Source: an uncultured delta proteobacterium
GTDB taxonomy: Bacteria; Desulfobacterota; Zymogenia; Zymogenales; Zymogenaceae
Length of the DNA stretch: 64,000 nucleotides
Assembly (NCBI GenBank): GCA_963735595.1
Contig: CAVTLK010000001.1
Span: 416,001-480,000, forward strand
Direction of reading: 5' to 3'
Each line of letters opens with the position of its first letter. Within the stretch, counting starts at the first letter, position 1. Positions 39,890 to 51,293 of the stretch are shown one piece after another. The notes beneath the pieces were generated by a model. The model saw nothing but the letters and a program-made list of their open reading frames with translations. It had not been told where the DNA came from and ran no database searches. The position numbers and the translations under genes are program-made.

Positions 39890-41466
39890 CGTAATTCTCC
39901 CCTGTTTCTGAATCTCTTCACGAACGGGCCGACAATGGCCCCAAGCTCACGGGAGCCGAGCAGGTACGTCGTCAGCAGGTAGACGGATAGCGAGCCGAGT
40001 ATCGCCGCCGTCAGCACAACGATCTTTTCGGTAGTCCGGCCCGGCTTATCCCAGCCTATCAGCGATGCTATCCACCAGGCAGCCGCCGCCATTGTCAGGC
40101 ATCCGGCCCCCATCCTTGTCATCGAGAAGAAGAGCCGTTTCAACCCGAGCCTGCCCATGACGCGGCGAAAAACCATCATGAGGAGCACGGCGTTTAGGGC
40201 CGCGTCCAGAGAAACCGCCAGCGCCAAACCGCAGTGGGCAAGCGGCACAACCAGGATAACCGAAAGCAGGATATTGACGATAATAGCCACAATACCGATC
40301 GAAACGGGCGTGGCAGTGTCCTTCATGGCGTAGAATCCGTTGGACAGCACCCGTATCGACGCGACAAAGGGCAGCCCTATCGAAAAGAATATGAGGGCAT
40401 TGGCGGTCATAACAACCGACGTAAAGCCGAACTCCCCGCGAAAAAAGAGGGCGCTGATAATCGGAACCGAGAGGATCGCCAGCCCCAATGCCGCGGGTAT
40501 CGTGATGTACAGCGTCATGGAAAGCGCATCGATAAACGTCCGCTTCAGGTCCTCGATGCGGTTCTCGGCCGCCATCCTGCTCATCGTGGGCAGTACCGCC
40601 GTCCCCAGGGCCACGGCAAATATCCCAAGGGGGAACTGGTCGAGGCGGTCGGCGTAGTAGAGGTACGAAACGCTCCCCGACGGCAGGAATGACGCCAGGA
40701 GCCTGACCACCACCACGTTGACCTGATAAACTGACGCCCCGAAGATGGCCGGGACCATCAGTTTGAGAATCGTCTTTACCTTGGGATCGAAGAAATGAAA
40801 ATCGGGGGAAAACGTGACACCCTTTCTTATCAAAAACGGGACCTGGAGGGCCAACATCAGGATCCCTCCGATGACAACCCCGAACGCCAGACTCAGTACC
40901 GGGACGTTGAGGAGCGGACTGATGAGGAGCATCGACAGGATCATCGCGAGGTTGAAAAACATGGGCGATGCCGACGGCGCAAAGAAATGCCCCATGCTGT
41001 TGAGCACACCCATCGCCAGGGCCGACAGCGAGATCAACAGCATATAGGGAAACATCACCTGCGCCAGCAAAACCGTCAGCTCCCATTTCTGGGGGTTTGC
41101 GCGAAAGCCCGCCGCGAAGAGCGTAAGGATTTCGGGCGAAAAGATAACCCCGGCCACCACCGCCGCCGCAAGCACGATCGTCATGAACGTCATGGTGATC
41201 CGGGCGACGCGTACGGCCTCCTGTTTACCCTCGCGGATAAGGGTTTCGGTGTAGACCGGGATAACGGCCACCGTCATGGTCCCTTCGGCAAAGAGCCGCC
41301 GCAGGAGGTTCGGAATGGTAAAGGCGACGAAGAACGCATCGGCGGCGTCCGTCGCGCCGAAGAAAAACGCCGTAACCATATCCCGGACAAAACCGAGGAT
41401 ACGGCTGCCGAGGGTGCCCAGCCCCACGACGCCGGCCGCCCTCACCATTTGGGAATTTTCAGACAT
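39886..41466 (-). CDS. murJ: lipid II flippase MurJ
   Basis: SRILGFVRD, PNLLRRLFAEG, LYYADRLDQFPLGIF. Confidence 0.96.
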   Translation of the reverse strand: MSENSQMVRAAGVVGLGTLGSRILGFVRDMVTAFFFGATDAADAFFVAFTIPNLLRRLFAEGTMTVAVIPVYTETLIREGKQEAVRVARITMTFMTIVLAAAVVAGVIFSPEILTLFAAGFRANPQKWELTVLLAQVMFPYMLLISLSALAMGVLNSMGHFFAPSASPMFFNLAMILSMLLISPLLNVPVLSLAFGVVIGGILMLALQVPFLIRKGVTFSPDFHFFDPKVKTILKLMVPAIFGASVYQVNVVVVRLLASFLPSGSVSYLYYADRLDQFPLGIFAVALGTAVLPTMSRMAAENRIEDLKRTFIDALSMTLYITIPAALGLAILSVPIISALFFRGEFGFTSVVMTANALIFFSIGLPFVASIRVLSNGFYAMKDTATPVSIGIVAIIVNILLSVILVVPLAHCGLALAVSLDAALNAVLLMMVFRRVMGRLGLKRLFFSMTRMGAGCLTMAAAAWWIASLIGWDKPGRTTEKIVVLTAAILGSLSVYLLTTYLLGSRELGAIVGPFVKRFRNRGELR

Positions 41467-41479
41467 ACTAACAATTTCC

Positions 41480-41508
41480 TTGACAATAGCCGGAAAATAA
41501 CGTATATT
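41480..41508 (+). promoter_or_regulatory. sigma70 promoter of rpsT
   Basis: TTGACA-N17-TATATT, SD GGAGGT before the TTG start. Confidence 0.65.
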
Positions 41509-41544
41509 TCAAAAATTAAATTTAGACTTCGGAGGTAATCAAAT

Positions 41545-41814
41545 TTGGCTAATCATCGGTCGGCCATAAAACGGATGATCCAGGGCGAAAAGCGCCGGGT
41601 TAGAAATCGGCACGTCAAGAGCACCGTTAAGACCACTATAAAGAGCTACCTTAAAACCGTCGAAGAGAAGAACCCCGAGCTCGCCAAAGAGAGCCTTAAG
41701 CATACGATCACGACCATCAACAAGGCGGCTTCCAAGGGCGTCATCCACAAGCGAAACGCCTCCCGGAAGATTTCCCGGCTTACCCGGAAGTATAACGCCC
41801 TGTCCGCATCATAG
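41545..41814 (+). CDS. rpsT: 30S ribosomal protein S20
   Basis: MANHRSAIKR...KGVIHKRNASRKISRL. Confidence 0.97.
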   Translation: MANHRSAIKRMIQGEKRRVRNRHVKSTVKTTIKSYLKTVEEKNPELAKESLKHTITTINKAASKGVIHKRNASRKISRLTRKYNALSAS

Positions 41815-42850
41815 TGGTGATATCCAGGGCCATTTTGTCCATCACCACGCCGCTCTTCCCCGATCGGGATTTTAACAGCTTATCCGTTTTATAGAACTCC
41901 CGAAATGCCCCGCGAAACACCTCATGAGGGATGCGGCGCGCCTGCGCCGTGTATTCGGCAAGTCTGAACACGGGAATCTTGAGCTCCCGCGATGCCCTCG
42001 CGTCTTCCACGTGGTGATCCATCAGTATCTTCAGAGACCAGAGACGCATGAAGTGCCACCGAATGGTCGATAGGATCTGCGTGGGTTCCGCTCCCTCACC
42101 GATCACCTCCCTCAGCATCTCCACCGAGCCCGCCGGATCGCCGCGTGACAGCGCGTCCGTCAATTCGAAGACGCTGCGCACCCGGAGGTACGGGAGGATA
42201 TCCTCGACGACCGAAAGCGTTGCCTGTTTTTCATCGCCCAGGAACAGTACGATCTTTTCAACCTCCATTGCAACGGCAGAAAGGTCCTGCCCGATACAAT
42301 CCACGATGGCGTCCAGCGCCTCATGGTCGATTGCTTTACCTTCCTTCTCCATACGCTTTACCACCCACTCCCGGATATCGGTCTCCCTTGCCTTGGCAAA
42401 CACGGTCACGGCGGCGAGTTTAGCCAGCTCCGAGAGCCGGTCCACCGGCGGCGGGGCGACACCCGAGGCCCCCTTCCCCCTTCCGACTCCCCGGGCCGTT
42501 ACTATCATGAGGGTCTTGGACGACGGGTCCTGCGCATAGGCGACAATCGTCTGGATTTCCTTTTCCTTCAATCTCTCCACCCCTCGGATAGTAACGACCT
42601 TTTTCGCCCCCCCCATAGGGATGGTCATGGCGGAGTTCATGATATCGGTTATGGCATCGTCCCCGGCATAGAAAACCTCGCACAACAGGTCACCGAAGAT
42701 TCCGCCCCCCGTAAGCGCAGCCGACACCAGACGATCCTCGTATTCGCGGACAAGAAAGTCGTTTTCTCCGTAAAAAAAATAGACGGGATAAAACTTCCCG
42801 TCTTTAATGTCCCGATCGAGGTCCCTGGGAGAGGCATAATGCCGAGTCAT
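41780..42850 (-). CDS. holA: DNA polymerase III subunit delta
   Basis: PVYFFYGENDFL, EVEKIVLF, VFELTDAL. Position in the leuS-lptE-holA cluster. Confidence 0.88.
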   Translation of the reverse strand: MTRHYASPRDLDRDIKDGKFYPVYFFYGENDFLVREYEDRLVSAALTGGGIFGDLLCEVFYAGDDAITDIMNSAMTIPMGGAKKVVTIRGVERLKEKEIQTIVAYAQDPSSKTLMIVTARGVGRGKGASGVAPPPVDRLSELAKLAAVTVFAKARETDIREWVVKRMEKEGKAIDHEALDAIVDCIGQDLSAVAMEVEKIVLFLGDEKQATLSVVEDILPYLRVRSVFELTDALSRGDPAGSVEMLREVIGEGAEPTQILSTIRWHFMRLWSLKILMDHHVEDARASRELKIPVFRLAEYTAQARRIPHEVFRGAFREFYKTDKLLKSRSGKSGVVMDKMALDITTMMRTGRYTSG

Positions 42851-42856
42851 TGACGA

Positions 42857-43387
42857 TTAATACCCGAATACGAGCCGGTCATGGATCTCGAGCGCAAGCT
42901 TTTCCGTGACGTCCTGCAGCGCAATCTCCTTGTAGCTGTCAAACACGACGGCGCCGGTTTCGATATTGTAATCCTCGGTATAAGATATGTCCGACACTTC
43001 CCATACAACGGTGTCGTTCTTGACGAGTTTTGCCCCAACCCGCACAGAGACCGTTACGAGGACTGCCCGATCATCCTCGTCATATATGGTGTTATAATAG
43101 TCGACAGATTCGATGGTCCCGACAAGTTCTGCGTCGGCCTTTTCTTCTTTCACGGGCGTCAACGCGCCGGATTTCATGAATTCCCTCGTCAACGCGTTTG
43201 TCATAATCACCCCCAGCCTCGGCTCATCAGTCGGGTTAACGAACGAGGGAATATAGACCGTCTTGATATCCGGGGGCAACTGCTTCTTTACGTTTACGAA
43301 GGTGTAGCCGCACCCGAACAGGGAAACGATACTGACAAGCACAATGCCCATCGCCGATAGTCTCGATAGTCTTTTTATGACGTTCAT
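42857..43387 (-). CDS. lptE: LPS assembly lipoprotein LptE family
   Basis: Lipobox LFGCGY, VYIPSFVNPT. Lies between leuS and holA. Confidence 0.8.
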   Translation of the reverse strand: MNVIKRLSRLSAMGIVLVSIVSLFGCGYTFVNVKKQLPPDIKTVYIPSFVNPTDEPRLGVIMTNALTREFMKSGALTPVKEEKADAELVGTIESVDYYNTIYDEDDRAVLVTVSVRVGAKLVKNDTVVWEVSDISYTEDYNIETGAVVFDSYKEIALQDVTEKLALEIHDRLVFGY

Positions 43388-43505
43388 AACATAACCCCGC
43401 ACCGTCCTAAAACGACGGTTCATCGTGTCGGAACTAAGACCTGCCCACGAAAACCCGGAGAAACGGACGTGCCCGCGTTCCCCTCTCCCGTTAGCCCTTT
43501 ATATA

Positions 43506-46010
43506 TTACTGGATCACAACGATATTGACCAGTTTTCGAGGAACCACCACGACGTTTTTGATATCCTTCCCCTCGATGTAATCCCTGACTTTTTCGTCGT
43601 CAAGGGCCCTCTTCCGTATCTCTTCGTCTGCGGCGTCCGCCCCCACGGTTACCCTCCCCCGTACCTTGCCGTTTACCTGCACAACTATCGTGATCTCGTC
43701 CTCCCGCGCAAGTTCATCGTCCCATACCGGCCAGGACGCGGTAACGACCGAAGGCGGCTGTCCGAGGGCTTCCCACAGCTCTTCGGTAACATGGGGAACG
43801 GCCGGGGAAAGAAGCAGCACAATACTTTTGCCTGCCGCCGTAAAGGCGGCGGCATCCGCCGGTGTTACGTCCTTGCCTTCCCCGATGAAGGCGTACATTT
43901 CATTTACCAGCTCCATCACGGCCGCGATTGCGGTATTGAAATGGAAACGCTCCTCGATATCCTCGGTAACCTTCCTGATGGTCTGGTGGGTCTTCCTCCG
44001 CAGCCTGACGCCCCGCGCCGTCAATCCGGAGTTCCCGCCTCCCGAAAAAACCTTCCCCTTCTCGATAACGTCCGCATTATCGACGATGATCCGCCACAGG
44101 CGGCCGAGGAACCTGAAAGAGCCGTCGATCCCCTGGTCGCTCCATTCCAGTTCTTTCTCGGGAGGAGACGCAAAGAGCATAAAGAGCCGTGTCGTATCGG
44201 CCCCATACTTTTTTATCATATCGTCAGGATCAATGACATTGCCCTTTGATTTGCTCATCTTGGCGCCGTCTTTGATGACCATCCCCTGGGTAAGGAGCCT
44301 GGTGAACGGCTCCCGGTATTTTATCAGCCCGAACCGCTCCATAACACGGCTGTAAAAACGGGAGTAGAGGAGATGCAGGATCGCGTGCTCGATCCCCCCG
44401 ATGTACTGGTCGACGGGCAGCCAATAGTCAACCCGCTTTTTATCCACCATCCCCCCGTCATAGTCGGGGCAGGAATACCGGGCGTAGTACCAGGACGATT
44501 CCACGAAGGTATCCATCGTGTCGGTCTCCCGGCGGGCCTGGCCGTTACACTTCGGGCAGGTTGTCTTCACGAAAGGCTCGTGGGAAACGAGCGGAGAGCC
44601 GCCCTCACCCGTGACCGTTACGTCAAGCGGCAACACGACCGGAAGCCGGTCTTCCGGCACCGGCACCACGCCGCACGTGTCGCAATAGACGATCGGGATT
44701 GGCGCCCCCCAGTAGCGCTGACGGGAGATACCCCAGTCCCTCAACCGGTAGTTGATCGTTCGGGTCCCCCGGTGTTTCTTTTCTAAATCGTCGATGATGG
44801 CGTCCATAGCGGCCCGGTTCCTCATGCCGTTAAAGGTCCCGGAGTTAATCAGGACCCCGTCCTCAACGTAGGCCTCGGTCATCGTGTCCCCCGACAGCGT
44901 ATGTGACTCCGGAGAGATGACGACGATGATGGGGAGGTCGTATTTTTTGGCAAATTCGAAGTCGCGCTGGTCGTGAGCGGGCACCGCCATGACGGCCCCC
45001 GTACCGTATTCCATAAGGGCGAAGTTTGCCGCGAAGACCGGCATCTTCGCGCCGGTAAAGGGGTTCTTGCAATAGGCGCCGACGAAGATGCCCTCCTTCT
45101 CATAGTCCTCCGACGAGCGCTTTATCTTATCGGTCTTAAGCATCCGCCCGACGAAGGCGTCTACTTCTTTCTGCTGGGCGGTTCCCCTGGAGAGTTCTAT
45201 GGTAAGGGGATGCTCGGGGGCAAGCACCATGAAGGTCGCTCCGAAGATCGTGTCCTGCCGTGTCGTGAATACCGGTATCGACCCGTCCCGATCGTTGAGC
45301 GGAAACTCCACCCTAGCGCCGTGGCTTTTGCCGATCCAGTTCTTCTGCATCGTGAGGACGCGCTCCGGCCAGCCCGGGAGCTTTTCGAGGTAGCCCAGGA
45401 GGTCTTCGGCAAACTCCGTGATCTTGAAAAACCAGCCGGTAATCTCGCGCTGGGCTACCTCGCGGTCGCACCTCCAGCAGCGTCCCGCGATCACCTGCTC
45501 GTTGGCCAACACCGTCTGGCAATTGTCACACCAGTTGACGAATGATTTCTTCTGATACGCAAGCCCCGCCTCGTACATCTTGAGGAAGAGCCACTGCTCC
45601 CACCGGTAATAATCGGGATCACAGGTTGCCAGTTCACGATCCCAGTCATAGGAAAAGCCCATCGACTTGAGCTGCGTTTTCATGTATTCGATGTTCTCGT
45701 AAGTGAACGTCGCCGGGTGCACACCCTTCTGTATGGCGGCGTTTTCGGCCGGCATGCCGAACGCGTCCCACCCCATGGGATGAAGGACATTGAATCCCCG
45801 CATCATCTTATATCGGGCGACCAGGTCCGTGATGCTGTAGTTACGCACGTGCCCCATGTGAATCCTGCCGGAAGGATACGGAAACATCTCGAGGACGTAG
45901 TATTTTTCTTTTTTCGGATCTTCAACCGACCTGAAAACCTTATGTTCATTCCAATATTTTTGCCACCGGGATTCAACGGCGGCCGGATCGTACTTGCCTT
46001 TACCAGTCAT
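43506..46010 (-). CDS. leuS: leucine--tRNA ligase
   Basis: [44 protein letters not shown]. Confidence 0.98.
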   Translation of the reverse strand: MTGKGKYDPAAVESRWQKYWNEHKVFRSVEDPKKEKYYVLEMFPYPSGRIHMGHVRNYSITDLVARYKMMRGFNVLHPMGWDAFGMPAENAAIQKGVHPATFTYENIEYMKTQLKSMGFSYDWDRELATCDPDYYRWEQWLFLKMYEAGLAYQKKSFVNWCDNCQTVLANEQVIAGRCWRCDREVAQREITGWFFKITEFAEDLLGYLEKLPGWPERVLTMQKNWIGKSHGARVEFPLNDRDGSIPVFTTRQDTIFGATFMVLAPEHPLTIELSRGTAQQKEVDAFVGRMLKTDKIKRSSEDYEKEGIFVGAYCKNPFTGAKMPVFAANFALMEYGTGAVMAVPAHDQRDFEFAKKYDLPIIVVISPESHTLSGDTMTEAYVEDGVLINSGTFNGMRNRAAMDAIIDDLEKKHRGTRTINYRLRDWGISRQRYWGAPIPIVYCDTCGVVPVPEDRLPVVLPLDVTVTGEGGSPLVSHEPFVKTTCPKCNGQARRETDTMDTFVESSWYYARYSCPDYDGGMVDKKRVDYWLPVDQYIGGIEHAILHLLYSRFYSRVMERFGLIKYREPFTRLLTQGMVIKDGAKMSKSKGNVIDPDDMIKKYGADTTRLFMLFASPPEKELEWSDQGIDGSFRFLGRLWRIIVDNADVIEKGKVFSGGGNSGLTARGVRLRRKTHQTIRKVTEDIEERFHFNTAIAAVMELVNEMYAFIGEGKDVTPADAAAFTAAGKSIVLLLSPAVPHVTEELWEALGQPPSVVTASWPVWDDELAREDEITIVVQVNGKVRGRVTVGADAADEEIRKRALDDEKVRDYIEGKDIKNVVVVPRKLVNIVVIQ

Positions 46011-46180
46011 TATCGGTCTCTTTCGTTATCGGATCATTCTCTGCCGGTTCGATATCACCATCATGTAGTAACGTAATTACGTATCATATATTTCTGCGAT
46101 TTGCAAGACTAATAGTAATTGGCCCGACCCGGTATTCGGTTTTTCGGAGATTCGGTCCCAGCTCGTGGTACAATGGACCG

Positions 46181-48494
46181 ATGACGAGCGCACAACCGCA
46201 GCGACACGCCTATATATCGGCCGTTACGCTGGGCGGCATATCCATAGCCGGCCAGATTGTGCTCATGCGGGAGATCATGATCCTCTTCTACGGCAATGAG
46301 CTGTCGGCCGGCGTCTGTCTCTTTTCATGGCTCCTCTGGACTTCGGCGGGGGCCTTCATAGGCACCGCTCTCACTAAACGTAACATCACCGGTCCAAGAG
46401 CCCTCCCCGCCCTGCTTGCGGCCGTTGCCGTGCTGCTTCCGGCAACCGTCGTCCTCTGCGCGTGTCGCAAAGACGATCGTCGGAATATCCCAGAGTGAGA
46501 TCATCGGCATCGTCCCGATGGCGGCTATTGCCGCGGTCGTCCTTTTGCCCTTCTGTTTCTTCTCTGGTCTGCTCTTCCCCCTGCTCATACGGACAGCCGT
46601 CCCCGACAGCCGGAACGACCGTGATGCCCCTGCCCGCATATACCTGTTCGAGTCCATCGGCTCATCACTCTTCGGAGTCATTACCGCCCTTGTCCTCATC
46701 CGGCATTTTGACGCCCTGACGGTCGCGTTTTTTGTCGCCGCCATTGCCGGCCTGGCGGCACTGTACATCTCGGTTTCCACCCGCCGCCCCGCGGCGGCCG
46801 TACTATCGGTCCTCGTCGTCTCTCTTTTCGTCCTTCAGCCCCTGTTTTCTATTCCCGACATCGCCGCGATCACCCGGCAGCTCCAGTGGAAGGGCTTCAC
46901 GGTGGTCGAATCGACCGATTCCGTTTACGGAAACCTCACCGTGACGCGGGCCGAAAGCCAGACCACTGTGTATGACAGCGGGGTACTTTCGTTTACCTAC
47001 CCGGACGTCATGAACAGCGAGCTCGGCGTGATCTATCCCCTCCTCCTTCACCCCCGGCCCGTGAGGGTGCTCCTTGTGGGCGGCGGGATATCCTCGACAC
47101 TCTCACAGATACTCAAGCACCCCTCGATTTCGGCAATCGATTACGTGGAGCTTGACCCCGCCCTCATCGACCTCGGTGTAAGAAACCTCCCCTCCGAGGC
47201 GACCCGCCCGCTGTCGGACCGCCGGGTTCGGGTCATCCACGAGGATGGACGTCTCTTCATAAGGGAGGCCCGTGATCGGTACGACGTAATCATCGTCAAC
47301 ATGGCCGACCCCGTCAACGCGCGCATAAACCGCTACTTTACGCGGGAATTCTTCCGCGAGGCGAAACGGATCCTTGCCCCCGGCGGCGTCTTCTCTATCT
47401 CGGTAGGCTCATCGGAGGAGATTATCAGCCCGGTGCTCGCCTCCTTCCTCGGGAGCGTCTCCCGGACGCTGTCGTCGGACTTTTCCCATACGGCGGTCGT
47501 GCCCGGGGGCACCGCGTTCTTCGTGGCGTCCGACCTCCCGTCCCGGGTGGACATCGACCCCGCGGTACTCGCCGCCCGTATGAAGGATCGCGATATCGTA
47601 AACAGCTACGTCACCGAGCAGTATCTCCTTTATCAGCTGAGCGACGAGCGGATTGAGTACGTTCGCCGAAGTATTGAAGGCGCGAAAACGGCGGGGAACA
47701 ACACGGACCTCACTCCCACGGTCTACTACTACAATATGGTGCTCAGGAGCTACTGGCTCTCACCCGGGCTGAAGATCGCCCTTGCCGACTTCGCCGGATC
47801 ACGGCCGGTCCTACCGATCACGGCGATTATCCTGGCGGCGGTCGTCTGCGGCGCTCTTATCAGAATCCGCGCCCGGAAACCGGCCTCGCTACCGGCGGCA
47901 ACCGTCGTTCCCGCGGCGTTGACCTCCGGCTTTTCCGAGATCGCGATTACCGTCGTTATCATCATCGCGTTCCAGACCTTCCGCGGCTACGTCTATTCGG
48001 GCCTCGGCCTGATCATCTCATCGTTCATGATCGGCCTTGCCATAGGAACCGGGGCCGCCCGCTCCCGGATAGGCATATTCGCCCGCCCCTGGCGGCTCCT
48101 TGGTATCGTCCAGTTGCTCTACGGCGCGTTGTGCCTGTCGATTGTCGGCGTCCTCTTCTTCTTTTCGACGTACGGATCGGGGGGATGGCCCTGGGGACCT
48201 GCCGCCGTCTTTTCACTGCTGAACATGCTCTGCGGGATACTCGCCGGTTTTCACTACGTTACCGCGGTGCGATCTCTTGTCGTCTCGGGCCTTACGGCCG
48301 ACGCGGGGGGGTGGGTCTACGGGATGAACCTTGCGGGCGCGGCGGGAGGGGCAATTCTCGCCTCGGTGGTCATGATACCGCTGTGGGGATTGGTCACGAC
48401 CCTGCTGCTGGTGCTGGCGGCAAACCTGTGCGCTGCGGCGGTTGTCGGAATCGGGGCAGGATATATCGGCGAGAATAACACACGGCGCAGATAG
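46181..48494 (+). CDS. polytopic membrane protein with central spermidine-synthase-like SAM-binding domain (frameshift near 46470)
   Basis: QIVLMRE...FYGNEL, YLFESIGS, SVYGNL, VLLVGGG, VELDP, EDGRLFI, YFTREFF, LAPGG. TM bundles at both ends. Confidence 0.82.
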
Positions 48495-48531
48495 AACCAG
48501 CGCCGTCCTCGAAAGAGACGATCATCCATTC

Positions 48532-49757
48532 TCAGACGCCCTTCGGCGCCTCCCATATCCCCGCGATCGGGTATCCGCAAAACGAGCACTTCCCTTTCTT
48601 GATCTTTACCTCTCCCACGAAGTACCCCATACGAAAGATTAGCGTCTTCCCGCACGTGGGGCAGTAGGTGGACTCGTATTTATGGCCCGGGACGTTGCCG
48701 ACGTAGACGTATTCGAGGCCGGCCTTTCGGGCGGCGGTATGCGCGGCTTCAAGCGTCTCTACCGGCGTGCTCGGGAGGTTGGTGAGCCGATACATCGGGG
48801 TGAACCGGGAAAAATGGAGCGGCGTCTCTTTGCCGACCTTATCCCTGATCCACTCGCACATCCTGGTGATCGTCGGGAGGTCGTCGTTCCTGGTGGGAAC
48901 GATCAGCGTCGTGATCTCCACGTGGACGCCCGCCTTCTTGTATCCCGCGATCGAGTCGAGCACCGGTTTAAGCCTGCCATCGGTCATCGATGAGTAATAG
49001 TCCTCGGTAAACCCCTTGAGGTCGATGTTGGCCGCCGTCAGGTATTTGGAAAGCTCGGCCCGCGGCCCGGGGTTGATATACCCGTTTGAATGCATGACGT
49101 TGATCAAGCCCGGCCTTCTTGACGGCCCTGGCGCAGTCCAGCATGTATTCGTAGAAAATCGTCGGCTCCACGTAGGTGTAGGCGACGCTCGCGGATCTCG
49201 ATGATTCGTGCCTCCCGTGCCAGCGCCGCCGGGCTAAGCCGGTAATTATCGGTGTTTTCCGGCCGGGCCTGGGAGATGTCGTAGTTCTGGCAGAATTTGC
49301 AGGTGAGGTTGCAGCCGGCGGTGGCGATGGAATATGACGTCGTTCCGGGAAGGCAGTGAAAGAACGGCTTTTTCTCTATGGGGTCGACGTGGATCGCGCA
49401 GGGGTTGCCCCATACGAGGCTGTAGTATTTCCCCTTCCTGTTCTCCCTGACCTCGCAGTATCCCCGTTTGCCGTCGGCCACCGTGCATCCCCGGGGACAC
49501 AGGAGGCACATTACCGTTCCATCGCCCAGCGGGGTATACAAGGGGGACTCCTTCGGTACCATGTAACCCCGTTCGGGATACCCCATTTCGTCGCTGCCGT
49601 CGGACGTTCCGATCGGCTCGGCACAGGCGGAAAGCGGCAGGCCCGCGGCGCAATACCCCAGGGCGCACGCGGATGCCCCCGTCAGGAATTCCCGCCGGGA
49701 AAGCCCCCCCGCATTTCTACCGACTACTTTTCTCTTACCCTCACCTGCCCCGTCCAC
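48532..49757 (-). CDS. amrS: AmmeMemoRadiSam system radical SAM enzyme with Tat signal (frameshifts near 49200 and 49105)
   Basis: CLLCPRGC, VDPIEKKPFFH, GCNLTCKFCQN, NIDLKGF, LHFSRFTP, YVYVGNVPG, CPTC...CSFC. N-terminal SRREFL. Confidence 0.9.
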
Positions 49758-49760
49758 AGT

Positions 49761-50307
49761 CTATTCCTCCGAGAAAGCCTCCGTCGTGAAGATATAGAGT
49801 TGGGCGTCCTGCTCTTTCCAGTCGTTCGGAAGGAGACGGGCCTTCACGCAGAGATTTTCGAGGTACTCGTTGAGCGTCCACCCCTGCTGGACTGGAACCT
49901 CCGGAAGGAAGAGGCCCGAGTTGCCTCCCTTTCCGAATTACTACCCCGTGCGTCCCGACGATGATCTCGTCGACGCTCTTTATCGGTTTTAGCTCCGATA
50001 GTACCGAGACTTCGATAGTGATATCTTTGAGCTCCGCTTTCGTCACCGGGTTGTCAGAGAATCGATAGTCGTAGACTGCCCCGAGGGCACCAAGCGATAC
50101 CGTTTCGTACAGGGGATAGACCGGCTCGATATAGCCGACGCAACCTCGCAGCTCTCCATCGTTGGTGAGGGTAACGAAAGCGCCGCCGGGCCTTCGTAAG
50201 GGCGGCCGAATCGCTCTGTGAAATCGGGAACGCACTTTTCCCGACAGCTCGCACTCGATGGTCTTCCTCGCAATCGAGAGGAGTTCCTTCCTGTCGTTCG
50301 TCGTCAA
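49761..50307 (-). CDS. amrA: AmmeMemoRadiSam system protein A (AMMECR1), possibly fused to AmrB, frameshifted
   Basis: GAFVTL...LRGCVGY, IEVSVLS, GTHG. After a shift GLFLPEVPVQQGW...LCVKA...FSEE* (TAG 49761). Confidence 0.88.
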
Positions 50308-51266
50308 TCCCTCCCGGCCTCGTCCCCTTCTCCCGCCGGCGGCCCTCCCCTCCCGTAGACGACCGCCGAGATGTATCCGACGACGGCATCGGTTGTCCCG
50401 GTCTCTGTCCCGCTGTCGTCATACATTGTCACAAGGACCCCCGAGGAGCCGAGAGCACTTGCCGCGAGGAGCGCCGTCACCACCGGCCCCGCCCCGCAGG
50501 CCTCGGTCTTTCGGCCGACGACGGCGTCGTACAGCCCCTCTGCGATCGTTCTTCTCGAGGAATTTCCTGAATACGCCGTCAAGCGAGCGCGCTTCCGTGC
50601 GTGAATGGTAGTGCGACAGGTCCGACGAGGCGACGATCAGGACGCGTTTATCGCCGATCGACGCCGCGATCGCCCGCGCCAGGTCCTCGCACGAGGCGAG
50701 GCTGCAGCTGCCCATGACAATGGGGACAATCTCAAAATCACCGAGAACGACCTGAAGGAACGGGACTTCGACTTCCACCGAATGCTCCGGGAGGTGGGGA
50801 AGCCCGTTTTTAGTGATGCGATCGCCCTTCTTTACGATCGAATCGATCAGGTCGGTATCAGGGCGATACGTCGCCCAGAGGCGTACGGTACGGACCGTCG
50901 GCGTATATGGCCGAGCCGTCAAACGAATAGTGATGGCTTGGACCGATAATGATGACGGTGTCGTAGGAGGTCCCGGCCAGCGCCTTGAAACCGGCGGCTG
51001 CCGTCTGGCCGGAATAGATATACCCTGCGTGGGGAGCAATGACCGCGAGCGGCCGTCCCGGCACCCTGATTGCCGGCGCTTCGGCGAGAAAACCCGTGAT
51101 CATTGCCCGAAGGTCGTTCGGATCGCCGGGATAAAAGGAACCGGCCACCGCGGGGGCCCGGGCCCGACGTCGGACCGGATAGCTCTTCACCCGACAGGCA
51201 CGCGGGGGTAATAAAAATGAGTATCAAGAACAGGGTTAGCCGGATCGCCTTCGAGTTTCGACCCAT
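50304..51266 (-). CDS. amrB: AmmeMemoRadiSam system protein B (Memo1-like) with putative N-terminal signal, frameshifted
   Basis: VAGSFYP, APHAGYIYSG, IGPSHH, EHSVEVEVPFLQ, SSDLSHY, ACGAGP, VVGY spread over four ORFs. Confidence 0.88.
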
Positions 51267-51293
51267 AAGTCGTAATATCCCGATGGCTATCGG

